This document shows, piece after piece, positions 19,709-27,854 of a DNA stretch of 39,758 nucleotides (position 1 is the first letter of the stretch; every line of letters begins with the position of its first letter). The position numbers and the translations under genes were made by a program. The stretch is taken from the NCBI GenBank assembly GCA_964497675.1, contig CAZCDP010000002.1:1-39758 (forward strand), read 5' to 3'. The DNA is from an uncultured Candidatus Epulonipiscium sp. (lineage in GTDB: Bacteria; Bacillota; Clostridia; Lachnospirales; Anaerotignaceae). Below the pieces are notes generated by a model. The model was not told where the DNA came from, did not search any database, and worked only from the letters and a program-made list of their open reading frames with translations.

Positions 19709-21279
19709 TAACTCCCTTTTTTAGACATAATATGGATATCTTCGGGATAAAACATAAGCCCGACTTCGTCATCCACTTGGAATTTATCCGTTGTATCCAC
19801 CATATATTCATGACCTTCTGTGGCAAAGGTGACATCATAGACACCGGGCACGATATGTTCCGAATCAAAATCATATTTGATATCTGTTATTTCAACAGGG
19901 CTGTCGTCCTCAAGGCTCCATGCAGAAGCATTGGCCCATGTTTTCAAATCTGTTTCCAGCGCAATACTTTCTTTGATTTCATCAACGGTTTTGTAGAAAT
20001 TCATGGCAAAAATTTCTTCTTGATACTCTTTGTTTGCCACACGGTTTTCATCTTTTACAATCATATTTACCGTTACGCTGGTGCCTGCCGACGTTACAAA
20101 AGAAACAGGATAGGTTCCTTTTTGGGGCTTGATTTCATAGACAATTTTATTGATAGAAATAAGTTCCTCCGTAGTTGGCTCCCAGGCTTGGGCATCGGCA
20201 CGGGCAATAATCGTAGCTTCCGTCAGTTCTTCTACGTCGCTGATATCCAGATAAAAATCATTGGCACTCATTTTTTCATTAGCCGCTTCATTGAACACTG
20301 GTTTTTCGTCAGAAACCTGCATTTTTACCGTAATGCTCGTGCCTACCTTTGTTTCCACAATGGTTTCATAGTGAACACCCTTAAACAGTACGGATTTTAC
20401 AACCCCTTTCAGCTTGCCCTTGTCCTTTTCCACAATATCCAAATCCTCTGGGCGGATAACAACATCGATTTTTTCATTTTCATCAAATCCCAGGTCTACA
20501 CATTCAAATTTCTTGTCTTCAAACATAACCAGATAATCCTTCAGCATAACGCCGTCTATGATATTGCTTTCCCCAATGAATTTTGCAACAAACTCATTAA
20601 CAGGCTCATTGTAAATATCCATGGGCGTACCGATTTGCTGAATCTCTCCGTCTTTCATAACCACAATCTTGTCAGACATAGTCAGAGCTTCCTCCTGGTC
20701 ATGGGTAACATAGATGAAAGTAATGCCTACCTCCTGCTGTATTTTTTTCAGCTCGTGCTGCATCTCTTTTCTCAGTTTTAAATCCAACGCACCCAAAGGT
20801 TCGTCCAACAGCAGTACCATGGGCTCGTTGACCAAAGCTCTGGCGATAGCCACACGCTGCTGCTGACCGCCGCTCATTTCCGTTACACTACGTTTGCCGT
20901 AATCCTCAAGGCCCACCAGCTTCAGCATACGTTTGACTTTTTGCTCGATGATGTCTTTCGGTTCTTTTTTGATTTTCAGCCCAAACGCCACATTGTCATA
21001 CACATTCATATGAGGAAACAGGGCATATTTCTGAAATACGGTGTTAATCTCTCTTTTATAAGGCGGCACATTGCTGATTTCCTCATTATCAAAAATCACT
21101 TGTCCTTCATTTTGGGTCAAAAATCCCCCCAAAATACGGAGCAATGTGGTTTTGCCACAGCCGCTGGGTCCCAGCAGCGTTACGAATTCATTTTCATAAA
21201 TATCTAAATTAATTCCTTTTAACACCAGCTGCCCGTCAAACTCTTTTACAATATTTTTAAACCGAATTAATTTTCGCAT
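19705..21279 (-). CDS. potA: Spermidine/putrescine ABC transporter ATPase carrying a ~178-aa insertion in the C-terminal regulatory domain
   Basis: Walker [10 protein letters not shown], signature [15 protein letters not shown] and Walker B LLLDEP. The C-terminal TOBE-like strands ..[14 protein letters not shown] and [30 protein letters not shown] are separated by two tandem ~88-aa repeats. Total length is 524 aa. SD TAGGAGGGG. Confidence 0.85.
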   Translation of the reverse strand: MRKLIRFKNIVKEFDGQLVLKGINLDIYENEFVTLLGPSGCGKTTLLRILGGFLTQNEGQVIFDNEEISNVPPYKREINTVFQKYALFPHMNVYDNVAFGLKIKKEPKDIIEQKVKRMLKLVGLEDYGKRSVTEMSGGQQQRVAIARALVNEPMVLLLDEPLGALDLKLRKEMQHELKKIQQEVGITFIYVTHDQEEALTMSDKIVVMKDGEIQQIGTPMDIYNEPVNEFVAKFIGESNIIDGVMLKDYLVMFEDKKFECVDLGFDENEKIDVVIRPEDLDIVEKDKGKLKGVVKSVLFKGVHYETIVETKVGTSITVKMQVSDEKPVFNEAANEKMSANDFYLDISDVEELTEATIIARADAQAWEPTTEELISINKIVYEIKPQKGTYPVSFVTSAGTSVTVNMIVKDENRVANKEYQEEIFAMNFYKTVDEIKESIALETDLKTWANASAWSLEDDSPVEITDIKYDFDSEHIVPGVYDVTFATEGHEYMVDTTDKFQVDDEVGLMFYPEDIHIMSKKGSY

Positions 21280-21288
21280 TTTCCCCTC

Positions 21289-21822
21289 CTAAAATAACGG
21301 CGGCGTAGAAATCCATAATACCTTTGCAATTTTTTTCTTTTCGTTTTTTAAATAATGAAAATTCTTGCCTTCCAGATAAAAAGTTTCTCCTTTATGCACC
21401 ACATAATTCTCCTCACCCCAGACCAAAGTAACACAGCCCTCCATGACATACCCGAATTCCTCACCGCTATGGGGGTTTACCTCAAAAGAACTGCCGCCTT
21501 CAAAAAGCTCCATCAAAATAGGCTCCATGGCATTTTTCTGTGTATTGGGAACAATCCAGTTTACAGTATACTCTTCTTTTTCATCCACAAAAAAATCCCT
21601 TTTTTGAAACACAAATTTTTCTTCTTTTTCTTCCTTAAAAAAATCCGACAGCGTGCTTCCCAATGCCTCTACAATATCGTTCAATGTGGCAATAGAAGGA
21701 GAAGTCAGATTACGCTCCGTCTGGGACAAAAAGCCCTTTGTCAGCTCACTGCGGGAAGCCAGTTCCTCCAAGGTCAGACCCTTTTGAATACGCAGTTGTT
21801 TGATTTTATGACCTATATCCAT
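21289..21822 (-). CDS. XRE-family HTH transcriptional regulator with C-terminal cupin domain (PuuR-like)
   Basis: N-terminal HTH IKQLRIQKGLTLEELASRSELTKGFLSQTERN and a C-terminal cupin (GEEFGYVMEG...). Its stop TAG overlaps the potA SD, so it is co-transcribed with potABCD. Confidence 0.85.
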   Translation of the reverse strand: MDIGHKIKQLRIQKGLTLEELASRSELTKGFLSQTERNLTSPSIATLNDIVEALGSTLSDFFKEEKEEKFVFQKRDFFVDEKEEYTVNWIVPNTQKNAMEPILMELFEGGSSFEVNPHSGEEFGYVMEGCVTLVWGEENYVVHKGETFYLEGKNFHYLKNEKKKIAKVLWISTPPLF

Positions 21823-21851
21823 TGGGTTCTCCTTTTAGAAATACTAAGGCG

Positions 21852-21997
21852 TGTTTGAAAAACCCCCGCCGGAAACTTCGCTAAAAAAGAGGTACTGCAA
21901 GGCAAAACCGTAGAAATAACGGAGTTATTTCGAGGATTTTTAACACAGCAGAACCCTTTTACAGCAGAAATAGCCAAGGAGATTTCTTTTTCAAACA
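21852..21997. repeat. 146-bp unit bounded by perfect 11-bp inverted termini (MITE-like)
   Basis: TGTTTGAAAAA (21852-21862) and TTTTTCAAACA (21987-21997). It contains an internal 8-bp hairpin GAAATAAC-gga-GTTATTTC (21913-21931) and the direct repeat ACAGCAGAA twice (21945-21953, 21961-21969). The internal TTTCTACGGTTTTGCC (reverse) resembles the CTACG units of the mosaic family. Confidence 0.55.
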
Positions 21998-22692
21998 GCC
22001 CCTAAACCTTTCGATTATTATGAAACCTAGTGCAGACAAAGCATCAAACTCTACCCTCTTATTCTCAAAAAAACGGTAAGTGCGGGCAGTACCTAGAAGC
22101 TTTAAGCAGTTTTGTTCTACACCTTTAAGCTCCTATCATTATACTACTTTTCCTTAAAAATTCAATCATAAATAAACAAAATATTTCATTTATTAAACTT
22201 TTTTTCTGTTTTCCATCCCGATAAAAAAGTGTAGTCCTCTTCTCCGTTGTCTTCCTTGCTTTTTTGTGGGTTTTTGCTATATTCTCGTAAAATATAGAGA
22301 TTTTAGCCTTGATTTTCACACCATTGTAAGACAAACATATTTTCCCCTTTCTTGTAACATTTTTATCAGTCATTCTTTTCGTTTCCCAATACAAAACAAA
22401 AGAAGGTCATTTTTCTATCAAACCAGCTGCTTCTTTGTAGTTTCAGGGTTTTCCCCCCTTATTTTTATAAAAAACTTATAGAAAAAGCCTTAAAATTTTA
22501 AAAATTTTATTTTATTGGTGTTTCTTATTTTAAAAGAAGCAAAACAGAAACGCACGTTTTATATGGCTTTCCAAAAGCCCTTTTCTACGCTGTTTTCCTT
22601 TAAAAAAATCCTTTTGACCTGCTCCTTCAGAAAAATCGGTTATTTTTCTCACTTCCTAACTAAAATTGCTGATAAATCATGAAAGAAACGGT

Positions 22693-22721
22693 TTGACTTT
22701 GTGCAATTTATGTGGTTAAAT
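22693..22721 (+). promoter_or_regulatory. Candidate promoter of the aminotransferase gene
   Basis: TTGACT (22693-22698), a 17-nt spacer, then TGgTTAAAT (hexamer 22716-22721). The -35 lies inside an H-like repeat unit (GGTTTGACTTTGTGCAA). Confidence 0.35.
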
Positions 22722-22829
22722 AGTGTTAAGGAAGTTTTTTACAAGGAATGTTCAGCGCCGCGGTTATACACCCAAAGCGTCTGTTCTTTATAAATGTAGC
22801 AAAGTGTTAAAAATAAAGGAGGAAAACAA

Positions 22830-24017
22830 ATGAGCGTAAAATTTGCAAGAAGAATGGATGGTATCAAAGGTTCCGAGATTAGAGAATTGTTAAAATTAAC
22901 ACAGCAGCCGGAAGTTATTTCTTTCGCAGGCGGTTTGCCGGCACCTGAATTATTTCCTGTTGAAGGAATGAAAAAAGCCGCGGTAGCAGTTTTGGAAGAA
23001 TCCGGTCAGCTTGCTATGCAGTACTCCACAACAGAAGGCTTCCTTTCTCTCAGAAAAAAAATCGCTGAAAGAATGAAAGCAAAAAATAATATCGACACAA
23101 AACCAGAAAATATTCTGATTACAAGCGGTTCTCAGCAGGGTCTTGATTTTTCCGGTCGGGTATTCCTCAACGAGGGTGACGTTGTATTGATGGAAAGCCC
23201 TTCTTACTTGGGTGCAATCAATGCGTTCAGAGCAAACGCTCCTAAATTCATGGAAGTTCCTACGGATGCCAACGGTATGATTATGGAGGAACTGGAAAAA
23301 ATCCTAAAGACAACAGAAAACGTAAAAATGATTTATGTAATTCCTGATTTCCAAAATCCATCCGGTAGAACATGGACACTGGAAAGACGCCAAAAATTCA
23401 TGGAAATCATCAATAAATATGAGATTCCCGTTATTGAGGATAACCCTTATGGAGAGTTAAGATTTGAAGGGAAAAATATGCCTTCCTTGAAATCCTTGGA
23501 CACAAAAGGTCTGGTTATCTTCCTTGGCACCTTCTCAAAAATTCTCGCTCCTGGTTATAGAATCGGTTGGGTTTGTGCAGATTCTGCAATTCTTGAAAAA
23601 TATAACTTCATCAAACAGGGTTCTGACTTACAGCCCTCCAGCGTTTCCCAGCTAGAAATTGATAAATTTATGGATTTATTCAGCTTAGATGAACACGTTG
23701 CAAAAATCAAAGAAGTATATGGCCACAGACGTGACGTTATGTTAGATACTATGGCAAAAGAATTCCCTGATTGTGTTACCTATACCCATCCGGAAGGTGG
23801 CCTTTTCACATGGGTTGTTCTTCCTGAATACATGAATGCACGAGAAATCGCCATGGATTGTATCAAAAATAACGTAGCTTATGTACCGGGTGGTTCCTTC
23901 TTCCCTAACGGTGGAAACGAAAACACATTCAGAATGAACTATTCCTGTATGTCTGACGACAAAATCGTCGAAGGCGTTAAACGTCTTGGTGCTATTCTGA
24001 AAAAACATATCAGATAA
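22830..24017 (+). CDS. PLP-dependent aminotransferase, class I/II (AspC/2-aminoadipate aminotransferase-like)
   Basis: 395 aa with ..PDFQNPSG.., NPYGELRF and the PLP-lysine context GTFSKILAPGYRIGW. Strong SD AAAGGAGGAA. Confidence 0.85.
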   Translation: MSVKFARRMDGIKGSEIRELLKLTQQPEVISFAGGLPAPELFPVEGMKKAAVAVLEESGQLAMQYSTTEGFLSLRKKIAERMKAKNNIDTKPENILITSGSQQGLDFSGRVFLNEGDVVLMESPSYLGAINAFRANAPKFMEVPTDANGMIMEELEKILKTTENVKMIYVIPDFQNPSGRTWTLERRQKFMEIINKYEIPVIEDNPYGELRFEGKNMPSLKSLDTKGLVIFLGTFSKILAPGYRIGWVCADSAILEKYNFIKQGSDLQPSSVSQLEIDKFMDLFSLDEHVAKIKEVYGHRRDVMLDTMAKEFPDCVTYTHPEGGLFTWVVLPEYMNAREIAMDCIKNNVAYVPGGSFFPNGGNENTFRMNYSCMSDDKIVEGVKRLGAILKKHIR

Positions 24018-24065
24018 TAAAATAATAGGATCGTATACATAAAAACACAGCTTTGCTGCGTTTCA

Positions 24066-24205
24066 GACTGTCAAAAACATACAAAACCATAGCTTTTCCC
24101 ATATTCACTCTCTTTTTTCAGTGATTTGCTACGCAAATCCGCCCTATGGATGTCAGGCCTTCTTGGCGACGCCCTACAAAAAAGAGGGGTATAGGCTTTA
24201 TTGAC
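24066..24205 (+). repeat. P-type repeat unit, copy 1 (~140 nt)
   Basis: ACTGTCAAAAACATACAAAACC...CTCTTTTTTCAGTGATTTGCTACGCAAATCCGCCCTATGGATGTCAGGCCTTCTTGGCGACGCCCTACAAAAAAGAGGGG... It aligns along its length with the reverse complement of 27715-27853. Confidence 0.75.
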
Positions 24206-24209
24206 ACCT

Positions 24210-24239
24210 AAAACGCAGCTTTGCTGCGTTTTTTATTTT
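24210..24239 (+). terminator. Rho-independent terminator of the aminotransferase gene
   Basis: AAAACGCAGC-ttt-GCTGCGTTTTTT followed by ATTTT. A degenerate copy without the T-tract sits at 24042-24063. Confidence 0.8.
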
Positions 24240-24431
24240 GTCAAAAAATCAGTATAATAACCAGCTCTTTCATGCATACTATACAAACTTCTCCAATCGA
24301 GTTTCCCCGCCAAAAAACCAACTATTGAAGTATTCTCACGAAAAACTTATAGAAAGTAACGCTAAAATGTGCAATACCCCCAATATTGCCTTTTTTTATT
24401 TCAATATATTGAAAATTTATTCATAATTTAA

Positions 24432-24460
24432 TTGACATTTATCGATATTTTTTTTATAAT
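24432..24460 (+). promoter_or_regulatory. Consensus sigmaA promoter of the DUF819-dipeptidase operon
   Basis: TTGACA (24432-24437), a 17-nt spacer, then TATAAT (24455-24460). Confidence 0.55.
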
Positions 24461-24537
24461 GAACTTGAACAACTCATCAATTTATTGATGGGAAGCGATT
24501 GTTTTATATCTTACATCTTTTTAAGGAGGTCGAGAAA

Positions 24538-25746
24538 ATGCATAACACTTTAATCACTGCCGACAACACTTGGGTATTGTGGGCAATCATCTCCGGCTGG
24601 GTAGCGCTCAGTATCTATCTGGAACAGAAGTACACATGGGCGGCAAAAATGTCAGGTGCCATTGTTGCTTTAATTGGCGCATTGGCTTTGACCAATCTTA
24701 ACATCATCCCTACAGAAGCACCGGTATACGATGTTGTCTGGGGATATGTCGTACCTTTGGCCATTCCATTGTTGCTGATGCAATGTAATATCAAAAAGAT
24801 TTGGAAAGAAAGCGGAAGAATCCTTATTCTTTTCCTCATCGGGTCTGTGGGAACAGCCTGTGGAGCTGTCGTTGCTTTCTATGCGCTGAGAAACTACATT
24901 CCGGGGCTTGCCGGAATCGCTGGTATGATGACAGGTTCTTACATCGGCGGCGGTGTAAACTTTGCAGCACTGGCAGGGTCTTTTAATATCCCCGGTGAAA
25001 TGGTTTCAGCAACCACTGTTGCAGATAACTTGTTGATGACACTCTATTTCTTTGTACTGATTTCCATTCCATCCATCGGATTTTTCAGAAAAAATTTCAA
25101 TCATCCCCATCTGGACGAAGTGGAAAGCTTAGCAAGCACAGCAAATGGCGAAAACGCTGCCTCAGCTTATTGGGGGAGAAAAGAAATTTCTCTTAAGGAT
25201 ATTGCCTTTGCCGTTGCAACCAGCTTTATCATCGTAGCTCTTTCTGATACCATTGCAACCTTTTTAGGCAGCATTATTCCAAAATCCAACGTGTTGCTGA
25301 ATATGATTAATGCTTTGCTTGGAAATAAATATCTTCTCATTACAACCTTTTCTATGTGTGCCGCAACCTTTGCACCCAATACCTTTTCTGAAATTAAAGG
25401 TACACAGGAAATCGGAACATTCCTCATTTACCTGTTCTTCTTTGTCATCGGCGTGCCGGCATCAATTATGATGATATTAAAGAATTCACCTTTGCTTCTG
25501 TTATTCTGTGTCATCATGGTAATCATCAATATGCTTTTTTCCTTTGTATTCGGAAAAATATTCAAGTTCAATTTGGAGGATATCATTTTAGCCTCCAACG
25601 CAAATATTGGTGGCCCAACAACTGCCGTTGCTATGGCAATTTCCAAGGGCTGGGTAAAGCTGGTGGGTCCTATTATGCTGGTAGGTACCTTGGGCTATGT
25701 AATCGGAACTTATTTTGGAATTTTTGTCGGAAATATTTTAATGTAA
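24538..25746 (+). CDS. Polytopic membrane protein, DUF819/YjcL-like putative transporter
   Basis: About 402 aa with around 12 hydrophobic segments and SNANIGGPTTAVAMA near the C-terminus. The start is placed at ATG 24538 behind AAGGAGG. The family assignment is from memory of the DUF819 signature only. Confidence 0.6.
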   Translation: MHNTLITADNTWVLWAIISGWVALSIYLEQKYTWAAKMSGAIVALIGALALTNLNIIPTEAPVYDVVWGYVVPLAIPLLLMQCNIKKIWKESGRILILFLIGSVGTACGAVVAFYALRNYIPGLAGIAGMMTGSYIGGGVNFAALAGSFNIPGEMVSATTVADNLLMTLYFFVLISIPSIGFFRKNFNHPHLDEVESLASTANGENAASAYWGRKEISLKDIAFAVATSFIIVALSDTIATFLGSIIPKSNVLLNMINALLGNKYLLITTFSMCAATFAPNTFSEIKGTQEIGTFLIYLFFFVIGVPASIMMILKNSPLLLLFCVIMVIINMLFSFVFGKIFKFNLEDIILASNANIGGPTTAVAMAISKGWVKLVGPIMLVGTLGYVIGTYFGIFVGNILM

Positions 25747-25779
25747 TATTTTAAGTAAAACAGAGAGAAGGATAACAAT

Positions 25780-26751
25780 ATGGTTTTTGATGGACATTCT
25801 GACATCTGGGCAGATGTAACGATTCGTTCTTTAAATGGAGAAACGGATATCCTGCGAAAATATCATCTGCCGAGATTAAAAAAAGGACAAATTGAAGGTA
25901 GTATTTTTGTAATATGGGCTGATCCGCCTTATGACAAAACACCTTCCGAAAGAACAAAACAAATTATGAAGGCTATCAAAGCAGAAACTGCCGTCTGTGA
26001 TGATATTGCCATCGTAAAAAATTATGAAGAAATGCAGGCGGCAAAAAAAGCGGGCAAATTTTATATCTTCATCGGTCTGGAAGGGCTGAGCAGCATCGGA
26101 GAAAACCTTGACCTCATTGATACTTATTATGATTTTGGTGCAAGACACGCTATGCTGACATGGAATGAAGAAAATGCCTTGGCAACAGGTGCACAAGGTA
26201 ACCCAAACCGTGGATTAACTGCCCTCGGCAAGAAGGCTGCAAAAAAAATCATAGAGAAACATATGATTTTGGATGTATCACATTTAAACGATAAGTCCTT
26301 TTGGGATATTGCCGATTTAGCCCAAGGACCTATTATTGCATCCCATTCCAACGCCAGAGCCTTGAGTGCGGCTGCTCGTAATCTAACGGATGACCAACTG
26401 CTTACGATTCGTGATTTGAATGGTGTGGTCGGAATCAATTCCTTCAATAAATTTGTAAGCCAAGTACCAGCTGAACAAACAGTGGACAACCTTGTAAAGC
26501 ATATCGTTTACATTGCAGAAAAAATCGGTGTAGAACATATTGGCTTTGGCTTTGACTTTTTTGAGTTTATGTCTGTAGAGTCTATGCGTTCTTACAGCGA
26601 ACAGGACACCTCCTTTACCTTAGGATTGGAGGACTGCTCCAAGGTGCCAAATCTGCTTGCAAAAATGAAAAAAGCGGGATTCAGTGATGCAGAAATCAAG
26701 GCAATCTCTTATGAGAACCTTCATCGACTGATTCAGAATGTTTTAGGCTGA
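25780..26751 (+). CDS. Membrane (renal-type) dipeptidase, peptidase family M19
   Basis: MVFDGHSDIW..., LDVSHLNDKSFWD, IASHSNARAL..ARNLTDDQL and GFGFDF. 323 aa. Confidence 0.85.
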   Translation: MVFDGHSDIWADVTIRSLNGETDILRKYHLPRLKKGQIEGSIFVIWADPPYDKTPSERTKQIMKAIKAETAVCDDIAIVKNYEEMQAAKKAGKFYIFIGLEGLSSIGENLDLIDTYYDFGARHAMLTWNEENALATGAQGNPNRGLTALGKKAAKKIIEKHMILDVSHLNDKSFWDIADLAQGPIIASHSNARALSAAARNLTDDQLLTIRDLNGVVGINSFNKFVSQVPAEQTVDNLVKHIVYIAEKIGVEHIGFGFDFFEFMSVESMRSYSEQDTSFTLGLEDCSKVPNLLAKMKKAGFSDAEIKAISYENLHRLIQNVLG

Positions 26752-26767
26752 AACGAGGCACTACAAT

Positions 26768-26812
26768 AAAAAAACTGCTTTTCGAGGAATTCTCTCGAAA
26801 AGCAGTTTTTTT
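26768..26812. terminator. Bidirectional rho-independent terminator
   Basis: 12-bp stem CTGCTTTTCGAG (26775-26786) / CTCGAAAAGCAG (26794-26805), flanked by AAAAAAA and TTTTTTT. It lies between convergent genes. Confidence 0.85.
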
Positions 26813-26899
26813 ATTCACATTTTTTGATATACCCATTGGTAAAGATACCAAAAACCTTCTTCCTTTTTAATGCAACGATAAAAAATAATTTTTACACCA

Positions 26900-27454
26900 T
26901 CAAAAGAAACGTGGCGTCATAGACCAAATCGATACGCAGTCCTCTTCCCCAAGGTTTAAATATCTATGGGAAAGATTGCTGTTGAAATAAATACTGTCTC
27001 CTTCATAAAGCTCATAATTTTTTCCGTTCAACTGAACTGTTAAGGTGCCGGAAAGGACATAGCCACATTCTTCGCCTTCATGGGTAAGACTTTCGTTCTC
27101 ATAGGCCTGCCCGCCTTTTAATGTGATTTTGACAAAATCAATCATATGATCCTTGCCATCCGGTGAAAGCATCTGGTAGATGCCGTTTCCTTTATTCATA
27201 ATAATAATTTTATGGTCATTTTTTCGCATAATAAAACGGTCGCTCTTTTTTTCGTCATCAAAAAAATAACTGATATTTGTATCCAGCGCCTGGGCAATAT
27301 GCCAAAGGCTAACCACAGTAGGCACGACAAGGTTCCTTTCAACCTGGCTAATCATACCCGTACTAACATCAGAAATTTCCGACAACTGCAAAATACTCAA
27401 TCCTTTTAGTTTTCGGAGCGCTTTAATTTTTTCCCCTATTTTAAGATTCTGCAA
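26900..27454 (-). CDS. XRE-family HTH regulator with cupin domain (paralogue of 21289-21822)
   Basis: IKALRKLKGLSILQLSEISDVSTGMISQVERN plus a cupin domain (GEECGYVLSGTL...). TTG start at 27454, 5 nt after GGGGTG. Confidence 0.8.
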   Translation of the reverse strand: MQNLKIGEKIKALRKLKGLSILQLSEISDVSTGMISQVERNLVVPTVVSLWHIAQALDTNISYFFDDEKKSDRFIMRKNDHKIIIMNKGNGIYQMLSPDGKDHMIDFVKITLKGGQAYENESLTHEGEECGYVLSGTLTVQLNGKNYELYEGDSIYFNSNLSHRYLNLGEEDCVSIWSMTPRFF

Positions 27455-27483
27455 AGTATCACCCCTTTAAAACCCTTTTATTT

Positions 27484-27512
27484 ATTGTATCATATCCGCT
27501 AAAGCCGTACAA
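27484..27512 (-). promoter_or_regulatory. Candidate promoter of the second XRE/cupin regulator
   Basis: On the minus strand: TTGTAC (27512-27507), a 17-nt spacer, then TGaTACAAT (hexamer 27489-27484). Confidence 0.45.
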
Positions 27513-27714
27513 GCGAAAAACATTGAAACCATGCATTTTAAAGATGGTACAGCAATCTAACGGGTTCCAAACTTTTTTGCAATTTCCAAGCCCTCATTAT
27601 GCTTTGACGTTTACAAAGACGGGGGCGTTTTGCATAAAAAAGGATTTTCCCCTCGACCCATAAGGTCAAACTACGTTTTCCTTAAGATTTCAGGCGTATC
27701 TGATTTCTCTATCA

Positions 27715-27853
27715 AAAGCTTTTGCCCGCCTTTTTTATAGGGTACCGACAAGAAGGTTAGATGCCCATAGGGCAGATTTGCAAAACAAGTTCCTGAAAAA
27801 AGAAGAAGCTTTGTGTGAGGAAAGCCCACGGTTTTATATGATTTTTGACAGTA
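27715..27853 (-). repeat. P-type repeat unit, copy 2 (inverted relative to copy 1)
   Basis: The reverse complement reads ACTGTCAAAAATCATATAAAACC...CTTCTTTTTTCAGGAACTTGTTTTGCAAATCTGCCCTATGGGCATCTAACCTTCTTGTCGGTACCCTATAAAAAAGGCGGG. It starts 2 nt after the phoR stop. Adjacent units 27645-27680 (..GGTCAAACTACGTTTTCC) and 27562-27603 (degenerate L, reverse) belong to the same mosaic family. Confidence 0.75.
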
Positions 27854-27854
27854 T

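Noticed and set aside
19678-20781. 367-aa plus-strand ORF antisense to potA
   Set aside because: It is exactly codon-aligned with potA on the opposite strand (both phases equal 1 mod 3). Its Phe/Ile/Asn/His-rich product is what complementing GAA, AAA, GAT and GTT codons gives. It has no SD. This is a shadow ORF that stays open because potA rarely uses TTA, CTA or TCA codons.
22125-22394. 89-aa minus-strand ORF in the long pot/aminotransferase gap (and overlapping 71-aa plus ORF 22266-22481)
   Set aside because: It has a TTG start without an SD, and the internal ATG has only a weak purine stretch. The Lys-rich, low-complexity sequence is typical of AT-rich non-coding DNA. It is kept only as a possibility under the gap finding.
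22722-22829. 5' leaders of the aminotransferase, DUF819 and GGDEF genes checked for T-box, riboswitch or c-di-GMP aptamer signatures
   Set aside because: I could recognise no T-box specifier or AGGGUGGNACCGCG-type motif, and no other conserved riboswitch core. Only a covariance-model scan could exclude them.
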